From positions 410-64,409 of IMG/VR virus record IMGVR_UViG_3300044630_004692: 64,000 nt of DNA, one strand, 5' to 3'. The notes beneath the pieces were generated by a model that was not told the DNA's origin, made no database searches, and saw only the letters and a program-made list of their open reading frames with translations. A program made the translations under genes and the position numbers. Below, in pieces: positions 36,801 through 47,242 of the stretch (its first letter is position 1; the number at the start of each line of letters is the position of its first letter). Source of the DNA: a virus (lineage: Duplodnaviria > Caudoviricetes).

Positions 36801-39800
36801 ATAATTCAATTCAAGTTATAACTGAGCAAGTAAATGTAAATATTCTATCATATTATGATGGATTCCCAGTATCTCTATCAACTAAAAAGATTATTGATGA
36901 TAGAACATCCGTTCCTTCTGATTTAATTTGGCGAGTAGAGTATACAATTCCTAAGAATTGCCAAAAGACACCAAAGCCACCAGAAAAGAGATTTATTATC
37001 AGAGGAACTCAAGCTGGAAGTACTCTTGCTCCAGATAGTTTAACTTATTCCGAATGCAGATTCCTAGTTTATGATGTTGAAGAAGTTCAATCATGGTCAA
37101 AAAATAGTAGAGATGGTATTTACTACTTGACTGTTATTCGTGCAGATATTGACCAGTTTGCATATAATAATGAAAGGTCCACTGATGTAAATGAAACTTA
37201 TACTATCACCAGAGGGTCAAGAGTAGTATCAACTCTAAAAGGTCTATATAAAAATTCTAACTATAGAGTTGCAAGTAATATCAATTACTTATATCCATCA
37301 ACTAATGAAGATGGTCCAGCATATATTAATGGATTTGATTCCAGAGGAAATCCAATTTATGCTGGTTCTGCAATTGCAACTATCTGGAACCCACCACAGG
37401 CAGAATCTAGAGTACTAATTGAAAAGATTGATAGTGGATATAGATGTAAAGATTTATCAGTTCCAAATGTTGCATCATATACTACTGAAAGTGGAAAAAC
37501 TACTTTAGCTGGTGCTGCAGTTCCTTTTGCTGATACTCCTTCAATGTATTCTATTACTGCAGAAGCAGTACAAAGACTTGTAGATTCATTGGGATTATAT
37601 TATGCAGGGACAAGCAGTGCAGATTCATCCACAGTTAAAGTAGCTCCAGTAGTTTCTTGGTCTCAAGCTAACTTTGATGAAGTTACTAGCAATACTTATG
37701 CATATAGCTCAACTCCATTCGCAGTATTTAAAGCGAATACTCGTACTGGTACATCTTTTGACACTACAATGCCAGAAGGTGATGTTTTAGCAAATAACAC
37801 TTATGGTATTAATAAATCTCCTTCAGAAAGAAAGATTAATGTAGTAGCTAAATCATCTACTTTTAGCACACAAGATGCTCTAAGAGATGCTGGTGTAGAT
37901 TGTCCTCTATACAGACCATCAATCATGAGAGCATCTTCCCATACTTGGGAATATGTAGGTCTTGGTTCTGGTAACTATTCAACTGGATTCCCAAATCAGC
38001 AAACCAGAGTACTCAAGAGCTATGAACAGTTTATTGTTCAAGGTTATGAAAATGGTGGTGGATTTGTTGCATCTTCTGGTACAAACTCAAATGGTGACTT
38101 CTATGTTGGAAACCAAGTACAGCAAGCTGGTGGTACTACAACATTCACACTAAACGTACCTAAAGTTCGTAAATCATCAGAAACTAATTATGTAGATATT
38201 TCAGATATTGAAAACAGAATTTCTAATGCTGTTGTAAACGTTGGTGGTTCTAATAAGAATGCAAGCAGCCAGAATTTCCTCAAGAGTTTGTCAAACTTCT
38301 TTACTACTGCAAAACTTAATGTTTCTGACCGTGCAACTATTCAGACTGCATTAATTCAAGATAGATTATATCTTGCAAATACAAGAATTTCAAATGGTGA
38401 GAAATTCCCAGAAGGAAATACTGAAGGATACGGATTTACCAAGGCTGCAAGGTCTGAAAAAGTAGGATTTATTTCTACTGATACAAATGATAGATTATAT
38501 GTTTCTCCTAAGTATCTAGATGCATGGAGAATTAAGAGACAACTATTATCTGCAACTGCAGTATCTCTTGACAACAACAGAATTTATCTACAAACTCCAG
38601 GTAATACACTATTAGATGGTACTTCTACAACTACTTCAGATGCAGTAACAACATCATCAACTACACTATTTGTAAAAGAATCTGCTGGTCTTCCTGCCAC
38701 TGGTCAGGTAGATATTGTAATGAATCTTCGTTATGTAGACTCATCACATTATGTTTTAGATTCAACAAATAAAGTATTTTTAAATCCTTACATTTCATTG
38801 AATCTTAAGTATGATACTATTGATTACACTAATAATACAATTTCCTTATCTAGCACACAAAATACATTTAGCAGACAAACTTATCTTGAAGATATTTTAG
38901 GAAAGACTGGAACTAACGTAGTTTCTACTAATTATTCATTCAATAAAGTCATTAAAAATTGGTCTTGTATTATTGATGATGGTCCTACTGCAAGTGAAAC
39001 AAACCAAATTTACCTTGGTACAAAATTAGATTCAAACTTTACAGTTGGAAATGACGTAATTTCTCCAACATCTACAAGAACTATTACAATTAAAACTGAT
39101 ACAACAGATTCACTTGCTAAGTGGAATCTATTCCCAAATAGAGGTGCAATAACTCTTCGTGAGCAAACTGGTACTACAAACGCTACATTAAAATATGCTA
39201 CATTTGTATATGTTAAGAGCAGCACTCAAGGTCAATTAATTTTAATTGATAGAGTTATCGGAGGAACCAATTCCAACGTAAATAACACAACTATTTTCAG
39301 CAGTGCATATTCTGGAAATAATGTATTCTTCTCTGGATGTGATTGTTCTGTAATTTATGCTGATAAGTGGGCATCTGAAAAACCATTCATTCCAAATACA
39401 GAAACTATTTCTGAAGATGTTGACCTAGATAGTGCTACTTTACACCAGATACCAGAAAAACCATCAACTTATACTGGAGCAATTGATAAGTCATACACTG
39501 ATAAGAATGTTCCAAACCCATATAGTTCTAAAGCATTGGGTCCTAGCCTACAAAACAGACTTGCAGTTAAGGAGTTTAGACCTTTAGCTACATTAGCACA
39601 AGCTGCACGTTGGTGTTCTGCTGGAGGATTTACAACAACTGATACAGTTGAATTGCTAATGAAGCCAGGATATTATCAAATAGATACTGCTTCATTCCCA
39701 TGCCGAGTTAAGATTAATGGTACTGGAGTTTCTAGAACTGGAGGTGCAGTAGGAAAAGAAACAGCATCTGTAAGTGCTGGTAGAATTGGAGGATATTCAA

Positions 39801-42800
39801 ATACAGGGTCATATAGTACATCTGGTTTGAAGAGAGCAGATAGTGTTTATTTCTATAGACCAATTAGAATACAACCTAACTACGGAGCAAGAAGCAACCA
39901 GTTCTATGTTACTGCAGATAACAATATTTCATCTGCTGGTGGATTTGACTTAAGCAATGTTCACTTTATTTCATTGGGAGAAGCAGCAGTATGTAATGAA
40001 ATTCTCGATTCTGATTATGCTGGAAGTGATGGAATTTTATCTGCAGCAAGACAAAGAGTAAGAAAGGCATGGTTTGTTAAGAAATCAAGTGGATTCCCAT
40101 CTACTTCAAGTGGAATTACTGGAGGATTAAGTTTCTTAATGACTGCTAGTGGTGCTGCTGGAAAAGGAAAGATGGAATTCTATTGTAGCACAACTACAAC
40201 AAATTCCAGTGGAGATTTTACATTACCATCAAGTACTACATATACCACTGGTAAGTATGTTAAGTTTACTTTAAGTGCTTCTAATTTCACTGGAACTTCT
40301 GGAACTCCATCAGATTCTCAGAAGTATAAGTGGGCAAAGAATTATATTATTCCTGGTTCTACATTATACTTTATCCCTGGAAATACTACATTAGGAAATG
40401 TAACTTCATCTTCCAAGGCAGTAAAAATTGTAGAAGTAAATATCAAAGCAAAAGATGTCAATGCTCCATCTGCAACTAGTTTGGAAGAAATTGAATTCAT
40501 TTGCTCAACAACAAATGGCACAAATACAAATAATATTGAAGATTTAATTTTAGATAGCAGCACTCAAAATTGTCAGATTGTTGTTGTAAACCAAGATGGT
40601 GATGAAATTCCAACTTTAATCTTCAATTGGGCGTATGCTCAAAGAAAGGCATTCATTCCTCATGACTTTGCATTTGGTGGAAGTGCTACAAGTGCTACAT
40701 CACCAAATACAGTTTCTGATACTGGTTATGTAAGTACAAATATTACTGCTGGTGGATTAGCAGTGAAGAGATTTGATAAGCCAGAAATTTTTGGTATTAT
40801 TGCAGGATTCTCTCCTGGAAGTATAAACCTTGTTATTGATACCAATCCAACTGCAGATAGTCTTAAAGACCCAATTGATGGAAGTACATTAACATCTCCT
40901 CTTGCTCCATATCCATTTGCATCAAGTTATATTTCATTTAGAACTATACTTCTAGAATATAAAGATAATCAAGGTGAAGATGCAGCTATTGCAATTCCAT
41001 ACTTCCCAAATGGTTCATTAAGAATTGCAGGAAGAGTATATTCTAGATTCTATCTATTACAAGTAAATCCAAATGATATTGCAAGTAATGTAGAAAATAC
41101 TGGAATAGATTCAACTATTTTAAGTCAATTTACTAACTTTAATTATAGTACACTGCAAGCAAATAATAGCATTGCTATTATTGGTGGAGTTGGAACTTTA
41201 AGTGGAGCAACAACAAGTTTTGCAAACCTATCAGAATTTGTTTCTGTAGCTAAGGGAAATCTTGCATACACTGGAATAACAAATCCATATAAGAAGGCGA
41301 CAAATAGAACACAAAGTCTATTCAATGGCGCTATTCAGTCTGGTTCATATGCAGTTGGTAAATTTAATTATATTCATTATGCATATGTACATAGATGGTC
41401 AAGAAAACGTTTTATTTCAATTAATGGGTCATTCGTTGGAAATATTGGAGGAAACTTACTCAGAACTGATGCGGCTCTAGGTGGAACTTCAAATATTTGC
41501 ACACTAACTAATGTTACAATTGGTGCTCAATCTCCTTCAGATAGCATTTATAATAGAACTGGTGGAGGATGGAGAGGAGGATTAATTAGTGCCAAAGGTT
41601 CTAGAATATCTTTAAGCGGAGTAAGATTCCGTGGAAATGTAACTTTAGATTTCACTGGATTAGTTGTAAATCCTGGTGGAGATAGAGTGGGAACAAATTA
41701 TACATATGGACACTCAGTAGAAGTATTCCAAGTTGAAGATGAAGCTGTATTAAGTAAGTTAGGTGGCAGTAACCCTGCATCATTCTTATCCGTTTCCAAA
41801 AATGATGAACAGTTTAAATATCTTTATGAAAATAAAATTTTAAGTAATTTATACTTAGAGCCATTTAGAACTCCTTATGGCGAGGTAATTGATTATGATA
41901 GAAGAACATTCCCAATTTCTTGCTATCAAGCACTAAAGAGATTTACTCCTGGAACAACTGATTTAAATACTTCAGTTACTATTAATGAAAGGTATCAAAC
42001 TCCATATAGAATTATTGCAGGAACTACTCACAATAGTGCTACAGATTCTGGAACACATCTAAGAATCAATAGAAGTGCTAGTGTTACTTTGGTTGACAAA
42101 ACTATCATTGGTGCATCAACCCCAATTATTATTCCACCAAGAAGTATCGCATTTAAATACTACAATGATGATGTAATTAATAATATTTTCTATGGAGAAT
42201 TTGCAACTAAAGTTATCAGAGCAAGTAATCAATTTACTACTTATGGAAACGTAACTAAAATTAATGATTCAGCAGCTGGAAGTGGAACTGCTTCAAATAG
42301 TAATCCAAAGGTTGCTGTAATAACATTATCATCTGCAATTCCTACTGAAATTCTTGGTTATTATAGCGGAACTGCTACTCCGAATACAGGTTCACAAGAT
42401 TTTGGTGGAGTTATAGTATCAAATTATATTGAAGTTACAAATTCAGCAGATTATACTTCTGGAACATCTTGGGATGATACAAATTCAATTAAATTCTTAA
42501 CTTTATATCTAAATTCAACTCGTTACAATTATATTACAACTGCAACTTCTAGATATGAAAAAACAGTTGATAGTGCAAGAAGCTACTTAAGATTAAATTC
42601 AACTGGAACTCCAGTATATGCAATACATTCTGATATTAAAATTACTTCATCTAATGTACCTAATTTAACTAAAGGTTCTACTCCAATTGAGTTTACAAAT
42701 ACAAAATCTGGAACTACTCCACTAAAAGCTTTTGTAACTACCAACTCTGCTGGTGCAATTACATCATTCGATATTGTTTCTTATGGTAGTGGACACTTAA

Positions 42801-45800
42801 AAGATAACATTCTTACATATACTTCTGGTTCAAACAAGATTGAACTCAAGTGCTTACGTTCATTAGAAGGAAATATTGAATTATTTGATACTGGAGAATT
42901 CATGGTAGTTCCTCCAAGACATTGTTTTGTTCTTAATAATATTAATGCTAATTCTCTAGTTGGCGTTAAGCAAGAATTGCAAAAAGCCAAATCAATTATT
43001 AAACCATTCTCCTACATAAGACTAGGAACTGTTTACTATAAGATTGCAAATGATGCTACAAATGAACCATATATTTGCGTATATTCATATGTAAATGAAG
43101 TAAATCTAGCAGACGTTAGATATTCAATAGTAGTAAGATTAGAAGATAATACATATGCACCAACATATCCAGCTACACAAAGAATGGATGTGTTTGAACT
43201 TGAAACTATCTTAGATTATTGGCCAACTTCTGGTAGAGTACAATTAGGTGATGTGGAAATTGCAGATTTCACAAAAGGAACATACGCAGATGCTACTGGA
43301 TATCCATTAACAATAACAAGAAGCAATACTAAGTATTGGCCTTCTTATATTCGTGATTTTGAAGGTCTTGACCCAGAAACTGAAGACGTTGATGTATCTG
43401 TGGAGCAGTTTGTACCAACTACAATTGCATTAGCAGACCCAGTTGACTTAACTTGTGCTGGATTAAGAAAGATTGCTTCTCCTTCTACTGATAACGGAAC
43501 TGTAACAATAACAGTTCCAGAGTATATTACTCCAGATGGTAAGAAGACTACTGATAGATTAGTAATCAAAGTTCCTACTACTGCAAGTACACAGGTAGCA
43601 GATGCTAAGAAGTATAATATTGGAGATATAATCCATATTCCATACAGAAGAACTGATGCAGATTCAGTTGGTACATTGAATGTATATAAAATTTCTGGTT
43701 ATGTTAGTGGAACATCATTAACAGTTTCTTCCGTAACTGGATTAAAAGCTGGAATGACATTAACAAAAACTGCTGGAACTGGAGTTTTTGCAGCATCAAC
43801 CACAATTTCTTCAATTAATGCTACAACAAATACAATTACATTAAATACTGCAGCAACTACAGCGGGAGCAATTACATTTAATGCTACTTCTGGAACTGGA
43901 ACTTGGGAAGATATTGTATGCACTGTAGTTGCAGATACAGAAACTGATTCTAGTGTGGTTGCAAATAAAGCTGGAAGTACCAGAATTAAAGTAAAGGTGA
44001 ACATGTCTTCAAGTGGACAATCAATTTCTTGGACAAATCCAACTGCAGTTGGTGCATTTACTTGGTTCCATATTGTGCCTTCTACTTCTACTAATTCCAC
44101 AATTTATGGAAAGGTAAATCCTATTGGAGTAGTTAGATTCCAAAATACAACTTCTAGTATTTCTTATGCTGCTAGCCCAGCAACAGTTAATCTAATTTGT
44201 TCTAGTGCATTACTTGCAAATCTATCTGCTGATGAAACATTCTCATTAGTTCCAATGTTTAAGACATTGGAAACAACAAGTCCAGTTAGAGTATTTAAAT
44301 CTAGAATTGTTGATATTGAAATTCCTTCTTCAGATACAAGCACTATTAGAATTCATACTGCAGACCCAGCACCAGAACTTTGGACTGATGGATTAGGAAC
44401 ATCTGCTAACTTTAGACATTATGGTTTCTTCTTTGTAAATCATAATGGTTGGACATATCCTAGAAATGGTGGAAGTTCAGTTAGAGTAAATAATGTAGTT
44501 CCAGGTACTGGATATACTCAAGCTGCAACTGGTACTTCTGGAAGCAGTACAATTACATTGACTGCATCAAATTCTAACATCTTAGTTGGAATGAGTGTTA
44601 CTGGTACTGGAATTGGAAACCTTGCAAAAGTAACAGCAATCTCTGGAACTACCGTTACATTGAGTGTTGCTAACTCTGGTGCTGTAAGTGGAACTATAAC
44701 ATTTGGAAGTCAAAATCTTGTTAAATTACCTAACTTTAATGATAGAATTAAGATTGGTGATATTTTAAGATATTCATTTGAAGAAGTTGCACCTAGCGGA
44801 ACAATAACTGCTACTATTGCAAACTCAACTGCAAATAATGTAGGTAACATTTTAACTCTAGTAACACCACCAACTACTGGAAGTCTCAAGCCTGGAATGT
44901 TTATTTACGGTGAGGGACTTGATGAAGGAACTATTATTGAAGCACAATTAAGTAGCACAACATTTAGATTGAATAACTCATACTTTATTACAACTGCAAT
45001 TACAATTTATCCTTACAGTAGTCCATCTGCACAATATCAGTATACTGGAACTGTAGTTTCTGTTGGAACTAAAGATTCAACTACTGGATATTCAGAAATT
45101 CTACTCTCTGATAATTCAGGAACAAGACATATTTTAGACACAGCGTATTCAAATAAATCTGAATGGTCTACTATTGATGATATATTCATTAGCCATAGAA
45201 GTGACAACTTCACTGAAGATGGTCCAATTGCATCAAGATTTATGTATAGTGGCAACGGTGTTAAATTATCTACTGGTAGTTTTAGTCTATGGTATGAAAA
45301 TTATGCAAACTATTTAAGTGGATACAATGGAATTGTCAGCAGACAAGGATGGGTTGGAAACTGGGGATTATCCAGAACTGGCGAATCAATTCTTGGATTT
45401 GATACTGTTGGTTCATCAAACCTTGTTTACACCAATCAATATAATGATACTATTTGGATATCTGCACAACCAACTATTCCATTATATTGGGGAAATTCCA
45501 CCTTAATTGCTTGTGGTTCTGATATTAATACCTCAGTATCTCTTGATACTCTGTTTACTACTTCTGATAACGGTCTACCACAATATAATTATGGTATTGG
45601 AACTCATAGACAACAAGTAATTCAGCATACCAGCTTACTTACTGATGACATTTATACATCATTCAATACTTCTGCTGCAGATTCTGGAGGACATGATGCT
45701 CTTGATATTTCAAGATACCAGTTATCATCAAAACCAACTCTAGAATATGTTTTAAGAGATGCAGTAATTAGTCAAAATAATGCAACTTCTGCTGGTGGTG

Positions 45801-46783
45801 CAATCACTCCTGGAACTGGAAAAAATAGAAGACTATTTGAACAACTAATCTGTGATTATACTACCTATTATAAGCCAGTAAATACATTTGATAGCGTAAA
45901 TACATACACCACAACTTCATACAGTCAACTAAAGATTGCATGTAATTCAGGAGAATATTCCTGGAAGGCAGCTCCAATTCAGATAGCAACTACTGGAGTT
46001 ACTACATCTGGTGGATACGCTACATTCACATTTGCAACACAAACTTCAGCACCATATTCAGTGGGTCAAACAATTACTATATCTGGTGTAACACCAACTG
46101 GATATAATGGTGTTTATACAGTAGTTGATTGTACAACAACCACAGTAGTTGTTCAATCATCAACAACTGGTGCAATTACAGTACAGGGAGCAATTACTTC
46201 AAGTATTGCTGCTACTGCAACTAATCTAGTTGGTCTGTCTGTTGGTGATGCAATTTATACTGAAGCTGCTGGAACTTATGTAGGAACAATTGCTTCAATT
46301 AATTCAGATGGATTAGGAGGAACATTTGTTCAACCAGCACTAGCTGCAGTTGGTTCAGTTGGTTATGCAAGTCCATTTACAATTACACTAGGAAACATTA
46401 GAGTACTCTCACCTAGAGCTACTAGAATTGCTCCTTCTCTTGCATACACTTCAACTCTAAACCCAACTTCAAATACTTCTGTTGGAAAATCTGGTACTAC
46501 AGGAACAAATATAATTGCTCCTTCACAACCACACTTCAACCAGTATAATTTCAGATATTCACTAGAAAGAAGAAATTATAATGCAACACCACTTGTTAAT
46601 ACTGAAGGAATTGTGAGAGCTGTAAATACATACAATTTTGCTAGCGATTCTGTTAACGTTGCTATCGGTGATATTTGTAGATACAAGTCTTCACTATTGA
46701 ATGTACAAATTACTAGACTAAATAGCAAGGTACACATTGAACGTTCAATTACCGTAGCTGGTAGACCTGTATTTAATATTTAA
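33884..46783 (+). CDS. giant (4299 aa) virion structural/fibre protein
   Basis: MALTRV start, LYVN...D...RPFKTIERALLEAA and KCVRDLGYFVD modules; Ser/Thr-rich beta repeats. Confidence 0.9.
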   Translation: MALTRVTSNGIAPGVEIKLKDNTHELESTGLAPSSYSFTPALSFGTVSGGVYTHDSNTGIYSPGADELAFGTAGSEKLRIQGDGKIILSNGASLPVTNPNFDSVNAKNFMLYVNQSDVNASDALNNDGGNLNRPFKTIERALLEAAKRSYISGENNDRFEAFTIMVMPGDYVIDNRPGVLTAAEIPTITQSGDTFSGWSNFENEIWKFNPRSGGVIVPRGTSVVGYDLRKTIIRPKYVPKPGEFETGLTINPAGDDLGGSIINDGLYINNILQDAANMVEKAKEYIQDQTKLFLYAEYSTLYTSLSSSGKIDKCVRDLGYFVDGLVKDLREGGNINSFNVGEFYTTGGDNDGVNELSDNQYLLTQDEKDATIAAFNYAKEMAIKAAHAWSGTAASAIFSLTDDAAASVTSASFTSDTSNSYAYTTITSSSNGTNTLTSSVDKPSYSANVDYSGSLNSSACAAVDGVITTLAGIVTGIISNPDTYTTLYNRTPGVEEQTAIFKVTGGCYFWQMTFKDAVGQGQIYKSTSYTGNNPTHNLADSSDFENGALKYSHHKVVAFAYANQRTTDGELETYYKKIDKWDIIYDGDSASTQRRFTRPEEYTIVGNSSVKTEIDTVSSCSPYVFNCSLRSTRGMCGMHADGSKVQANSFKSMVVAQFTGISLQRDENAFYQPKTSDGIPTNTTNPSDAPIYTDPDAEYKPEYRHYHIKASNAAFIQIVSVFAVGYADQFITESGGDMSITNSNSNFGHVSLRAVGHQEKVFEPANQGKITAVIPPRGISRTTSDVEFYGIDYKLTWQLNGQTSKTYNENIRQTFISGSQLFKVYLDIPGLNTEDDIPEFILEVEDKNPSATQTTVRKRFLTYGSNNNYLLFRDYYTASGVCDDSYATISATVEDETGASPTEFTANINLTKTDSTLSASNIERQGYYWDETNKKIYIEIDASTSQSDAFLTGFIFKYETEVQFRTSQVTRSDNSIQVITEQVNVNILSYYDGFPVSLSTKKIIDDRTSVPSDLIWRVEYTIPKNCQKTPKPPEKRFIIRGTQAGSTLAPDSLTYSECRFLVYDVEEVQSWSKNSRDGIYYLTVIRADIDQFAYNNERSTDVNETYTITRGSRVVSTLKGLYKNSNYRVASNINYLYPSTNEDGPAYINGFDSRGNPIYAGSAIATIWNPPQAESRVLIEKIDSGYRCKDLSVPNVASYTTESGKTTLAGAAVPFADTPSMYSITAEAVQRLVDSLGLYYAGTSSADSSTVKVAPVVSWSQANFDEVTSNTYAYSSTPFAVFKANTRTGTSFDTTMPEGDVLANNTYGINKSPSERKINVVAKSSTFSTQDALRDAGVDCPLYRPSIMRASSHTWEYVGLGSGNYSTGFPNQQTRVLKSYEQFIVQGYENGGGFVASSGTNSNGDFYVGNQVQQAGGTTTFTLNVPKVRKSSETNYVDISDIENRISNAVVNVGGSNKNASSQNFLKSLSNFFTTAKLNVSDRATIQTALIQDRLYLANTRISNGEKFPEGNTEGYGFTKAARSEKVGFISTDTNDRLYVSPKYLDAWRIKRQLLSATAVSLDNNRIYLQTPGNTLLDGTSTTTSDAVTTSSTTLFVKESAGLPATGQVDIVMNLRYVDSSHYVLDSTNKVFLNPYISLNLKYDTIDYTNNTISLSSTQNTFSRQTYLEDILGKTGTNVVSTNYSFNKVIKNWSCIIDDGPTASETNQIYLGTKLDSNFTVGNDVISPTSTRTITIKTDTTDSLAKWNLFPNRGAITLREQTGTTNATLKYATFVYVKSSTQGQLILIDRVIGGTNSNVNNTTIFSSAYSGNNVFFSGCDCSVIYADKWASEKPFIPNTETISEDVDLDSATLHQIPEKPSTYTGAIDKSYTDKNVPNPYSSKALGPSLQNRLAVKEFRPLATLAQAARWCSAGGFTTTDTVELLMKPGYYQIDTASFPCRVKINGTGVSRTGGAVGKETASVSAGRIGGYSNTGSYSTSGLKRADSVYFYRPIRIQPNYGARSNQFYVTADNNISSAGGFDLSNVHFISLGEAAVCNEILDSDYAGSDGILSAARQRVRKAWFVKKSSGFPSTSSGITGGLSFLMTASGAAGKGKMEFYCSTTTTNSSGDFTLPSSTTYTTGKYVKFTLSASNFTGTSGTPSDSQKYKWAKNYIIPGSTLYFIPGNTTLGNVTSSSKAVKIVEVNIKAKDVNAPSATSLEEIEFICSTTNGTNTNNIEDLILDSSTQNCQIVVVNQDGDEIPTLIFNWAYAQRKAFIPHDFAFGGSATSATSPNTVSDTGYVSTNITAGGLAVKRFDKPEIFGIIAGFSPGSINLVIDTNPTADSLKDPIDGSTLTSPLAPYPFASSYISFRTILLEYKDNQGEDAAIAIPYFPNGSLRIAGRVYSRFYLLQVNPNDIASNVENTGIDSTILSQFTNFNYSTLQANNSIAIIGGVGTLSGATTSFANLSEFVSVAKGNLAYTGITNPYKKATNRTQSLFNGAIQSGSYAVGKFNYIHYAYVHRWSRKRFISINGSFVGNIGGNLLRTDAALGGTSNICTLTNVTIGAQSPSDSIYNRTGGGWRGGLISAKGSRISLSGVRFRGNVTLDFTGLVVNPGGDRVGTNYTYGHSVEVFQVEDEAVLSKLGGSNPASFLSVSKNDEQFKYLYENKILSNLYLEPFRTPYGEVIDYDRRTFPISCYQALKRFTPGTTDLNTSVTINERYQTPYRIIAGTTHNSATDSGTHLRINRSASVTLVDKTIIGASTPIIIPPRSIAFKYYNDDVINNIFYGEFATKVIRASNQFTTYGNVTKINDSAAGSGTASNSNPKVAVITLSSAIPTEILGYYSGTATPNTGSQDFGGVIVSNYIEVTNSADYTSGTSWDDTNSIKFLTLYLNSTRYNYITTATSRYEKTVDSARSYLRLNSTGTPVYAIHSDIKITSSNVPNLTKGSTPIEFTNTKSGTTPLKAFVTTNSAGAITSFDIVSYGSGHLKDNILTYTSGSNKIELKCLRSLEGNIELFDTGEFMVVPPRHCFVLNNINANSLVGVKQELQKAKSIIKPFSYIRLGTVYYKIANDATNEPYICVYSYVNEVNLADVRYSIVVRLEDNTYAPTYPATQRMDVFELETILDYWPTSGRVQLGDVEIADFTKGTYADATGYPLTITRSNTKYWPSYIRDFEGLDPETEDVDVSVEQFVPTTIALADPVDLTCAGLRKIASPSTDNGTVTITVPEYITPDGKKTTDRLVIKVPTTASTQVADAKKYNIGDIIHIPYRRTDADSVGTLNVYKISGYVSGTSLTVSSVTGLKAGMTLTKTAGTGVFAASTTISSINATTNTITLNTAATTAGAITFNATSGTGTWEDIVCTVVADTETDSSVVANKAGSTRIKVKVNMSSSGQSISWTNPTAVGAFTWFHIVPSTSTNSTIYGKVNPIGVVRFQNTTSSISYAASPATVNLICSSALLANLSADETFSLVPMFKTLETTSPVRVFKSRIVDIEIPSSDTSTIRIHTADPAPELWTDGLGTSANFRHYGFFFVNHNGWTYPRNGGSSVRVNNVVPGTGYTQAATGTSGSSTITLTASNSNILVGMSVTGTGIGNLAKVTAISGTTVTLSVANSGAVSGTITFGSQNLVKLPNFNDRIKIGDILRYSFEEVAPSGTITATIANSTANNVGNILTLVTPPTTGSLKPGMFIYGEGLDEGTIIEAQLSSTTFRLNNSYFITTAITIYPYSSPSAQYQYTGTVVSVGTKDSTTGYSEILLSDNSGTRHILDTAYSNKSEWSTIDDIFISHRSDNFTEDGPIASRFMYSGNGVKLSTGSFSLWYENYANYLSGYNGIVSRQGWVGNWGLSRTGESILGFDTVGSSNLVYTNQYNDTIWISAQPTIPLYWGNSTLIACGSDINTSVSLDTLFTTSDNGLPQYNYGIGTHRQQVIQHTSLLTDDIYTSFNTSAADSGGHDALDISRYQLSSKPTLEYVLRDAVISQNNATSAGGAITPGTGKNRRLFEQLICDYTTYYKPVNTFDSVNTYTTTSYSQLKIACNSGEYSWKAAPIQIATTGVTTSGGYATFTFATQTSAPYSVGQTITISGVTPTGYNGVYTVVDCTTTTVVVQSSTTGAITVQGAITSSIAATATNLVGLSVGDAIYTEAAGTYVGTIASINSDGLGGTFVQPALAAVGSVGYASPFTITLGNIRVLSPRATRIAPSLAYTSTLNPTSNTSVGKSGTTGTNIIAPSQPHFNQYNFRYSLERRNYNATPLVNTEGIVRAVNTYNFASDSVNVAIGDICRYKSSLLNVQITRLNSKVHIERSITVAGRPVFNI

Positions 46784-46798
46784 GGAGTTTGACTTTAT

Positions 46799-47179
46799 AT
46801 GGGATTCTTTTTAACTGACGAACAAGAACATGCAATTGACATTTTTCTAGATACACAAAATAGAATAATTGCAAACAAACAGCTGGAATCTGATGAGGTT
46901 CCAGCTGAATACAAAGATATGATTGAAAAAACTTTAGCTTCTGGAAGTCCTATTCCATTTTTCAATCCAGAGTATGGTTATTATTCTATTTCATTTACTC
47001 CTTGTGATAAAGGAAATAGAATTTATGTTCATCATCATTTGACAAATATTTCTGAATGTATTTTTGACCCAGCACAAACTTTTATTGAAGAAGTTGATAC
47101 TGATGTAGAAGTCTCTGAAGTAGTTACAGATATGCTTGGAGAACTTGACAATTTAGAAAGTGCTTCTATTGATAATTAA
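46799..47179 (+). CDS. hypothetical protein
   Basis: 126-aa ORF, AGGAG RBS. Confidence 0.75.
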   Translation: MGFFLTDEQEHAIDIFLDTQNRIIANKQLESDEVPAEYKDMIEKTLASGSPIPFFNPEYGYYSISFTPCDKGNRIYVHHHLTNISECIFDPAQTFIEEVDTDVEVSEVVTDMLGELDNLESASIDN

Positions 47180-47184
47180 TAAAT

Positions 47185-47212
47185 AAAAGAGGGATATATA
47201 TCCCTCTTTTTT
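47185..47212 (+). terminator. intrinsic terminator overlapping a late promoter
   Basis: AAAAGAGGGAT/ATCCCTCTTTT plus T-run; ATAAATA at 47179. Confidence 0.7.
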
Positions 47213-47242
47213 ATAGGTATATACCGATGGAGATTTTGCCAC

